A stretch of 64,000 nucleotides of DNA, from positions 8,930,001 through 8,994,000 of the forward strand of contig CM075995.1 in assembly GCA_038087875.1 (NCBI GenBank), read 5' to 3'. Below the pieces are notes generated by a model, which did no database searches, was not told the origin of the DNA, and was given only the letters and a program-made list of their open reading frames with translations. Positions 62,474-64,000 of the stretch are shown here, piece after piece; position 1 is the stretch's first letter; each line of letters begins with the position of its first letter. The stretch is from Malacoraja senta. Taxonomy: Eukaryota. The position numbers were made by a program, and so were the translations under genes.

Positions 62474-63598
62474 CTATAAGCGAGTTCGGTATTCCGAAAA
62501 AACGCATGGAATCGTGGGATTTGTCAAAGGTTGTAAGCTATAAGGGTAAATAGATCTCAGCAGGGGGGGGAGACTGGGCGGAGGGGAGACCCGCATGCGC
62601 TGCTGAACTGTCCCCGGTCCCCCCCGCCACTCGAGACGTCTGGACCGACGGGACTCCGGCCCCCAGGCCCAGCGCGGAGAAGCGCCAACCCCAACACCAG
62701 CGGCCCCAGCCCCACAGAACCCACAGCCAGCACCAACTCCAGCCCAATCCCGCTCCAACTCCAGAGGAACCCGCTCCCCGCTGGGCCACTAGGGCGACAA
62801 GTGTCAGTTCGCCCACGGCCTCAGCCACCACCCCAATTACAAGCCGTACCTTGCACACCACCGGCTTCTGCCCCTACAGTACCCGCTGCCACTTCATCCA
62901 CAACCCCGATGAGGAGCGATTGCCCCGGCCTCGTCTGTGCCAGAGCGCCAGCCTGGGCTCAACCTCCTCCGGCCCGGCGCTAGACTGGGCCGCACTGCGG
63001 GCGGCTTTCAGCCCCGACCTGGAGTTGGAGCTGGCCCGGACTCTGGGTTTGGGGCTGTGCAAGGGAGGGGGAGGACGTTGCTGCTGCAGCCAGCACCACC
63101 ATCACCAACAGTACCCGCAGCTCCAGCTGGCGCCCGTCCTGCCCATGGCCGGCAGGAGCCCGCCCGCAGACTCTCCGACCAGGACGACTCCAGCAGCAGC
63201 GGCTCCGAGTCGCCCGTCTTCGAGCAGGGCTGGCGGCTGCCCATCTTCAGCAGGGTCTCGGTGTCAGACTGAGGGGAGGGGGGTGGAGGTGGAGGGCTGC
63301 CGGGACCAACCCGGCGGGACAGGCAGAGCCGAGCTGGAGCCAGCGGCTGCAGGTCCGGGGCCGCACCGCCAGCCCAGGGCCATCCTGTACACCTCCGGAC
63401 AGGGACGGGACACCGGGGAGCGGACGGGGACGTCCCAACAGCAACTCAACAGCACCCGCAGCGACGGAGAGCCAACCCCAACCCGACTACGGACGAAACA
63501 CAAGCCTGCAGCAATGCAGCACCACCGTTGCCAAGTGTTTTATAGCTAGTGACCTATGACCTGGCCATGCGCAGTCGGAATACCGAACTCGCTTATTG
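62474..63598. mobile_element. Non-autonomous TIR DNA transposon carrying a captured ZFP36-like gene fragment
   Basis: Perfect 22-bp inverted repeats at 62476-62497 (ATAAGCGAGTTCGGTATTCCGA) and 63575-63596; degenerate subterminal symmetry (CGCATGG...AGCTATAA); TAC on both flanks (62471-62473, 63599-63601); no transposase. Confidence 0.85.
62750..63272 (+). pseudogene. ZFP36: ZFP36/tristetraprolin-family tandem CCCH zinc-finger pseudogene
   Basis: *GDKCQFAHG (TAG at 62790), HPNYK, frameshift near 62844, RTLHTTGFCPYSTRCHFIHNPDEER, frameshift near 63172, then SDQDDSSSSGSESPVFEQGWRLPIFSRVSVSD* (CNOT1-binding C-terminal motif). The family call is firm; the paralog assignment is less certain. Confidence 0.85.
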
Positions 63599-64000
63599 TA
63601 CTAGTATTTGATCTAATTGTATTAATGTACACACAATCTGCATTTAGCATTGACTAAACTTCCCAAAGTGCTTTATGGAAACTCTCACGGACATGCAAGG
63701 CAAAATAAATGTAAGTCTTTTTTGCGTTCTAAACTCCATTTTATTGGCAGGTGCAGCATAGAAACTAAGGCAGGCATATCTAATACGTGTACACGCTCCC
63801 ATGGTTAATAACTGGTGCACACGGATCCATTTTGGTCAAAGTCCTGAAAAATATTAGTTGCCTCCTTTCCAGTTAAACTGTCCCTGTTCTCAGACCTCTA
63901 CTCCAGCAGTATACAGCGGGAATGGTTTGTTTGAATGCTTGCACATGGTACAGAGCTAAAATACCAGGAAATAAGCAGAAATAAAAATGAATCACATCCA

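Noticed and set aside
62851..63549. 232-aa ORF as a functional zinc-finger gene
   Set aside because: Starts at TTG inside finger 2, lacks the first Cys, and leaves the homologous frame near 63172; it is a pseudogene frame.
63700..63745. AATAAA (plus) and TTTATT (minus) as poly(A) signals for the ZFP36-like copy or a neighbouring gene
   Set aside because: They lie outside the right TIR and no linked exon is visible; cannot be assigned from sequence alone.
63860..63880. cctcctttccag as acceptor for the last TMEM14C exon
   Set aside because: Would give an immediate TAA and no similarity to the expected final transmembrane segment; the real exon is probably beyond the window.

Overview
Eukaryotic vertebrate DNA, very repeat-rich. 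The repeat content (CR1/HER1-type LINE 3' ends, tRNA-derived V-SINEs of HE1 type) suggests a cartilaginous fish; this is inference. Three spliced genes were reconstructed by hand from GT-AG boundaries and reading-frame phase. (1) A two-RRM TRNAU1AP/SECp43-family gene on the minus strand: 8 coding exons, 31032 down to 1795, last exon off-window. (2) The last 4 exons of PAK1IP1 on the plus strand (37383-47662); the 5' exons are not seen and probably lie in the 200-N gap at 34400-34599. (3) The first 3 coding exons of TMEM14C on the plus strand (50338-61683). This order matches the human C6orf52-PAK1IP1-TMEM14C block. Best findings: (a) a 1.1-kb TIR-bounded element with a 3-bp TSD carrying a decayed ZFP36/tristetraprolin-like gene (Pack-type gene capture, 62474-63598); (b) a hidden in-frame alternative start exon in intron 6 of the TRNAU1AP-like gene (10992-11062) that would give an RRM-less, C6orf52-like isoform; (c) many minimal hammerhead-ribozyme motifs in Penelope-derived short repeats, including 66-bp tandem arrays; (d) an NRF1/GC-box VNTR just upstream of the TMEM14C ATG. 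Also present: a decayed DD34E Tc1 transposon, a Vingi-like LINE with a 13-bp TSD, Rex/Babar LINE fragments and a fold-back MITE. Homology calls are from recalled family sequences, not database searches. Repeat boundaries are approximate.
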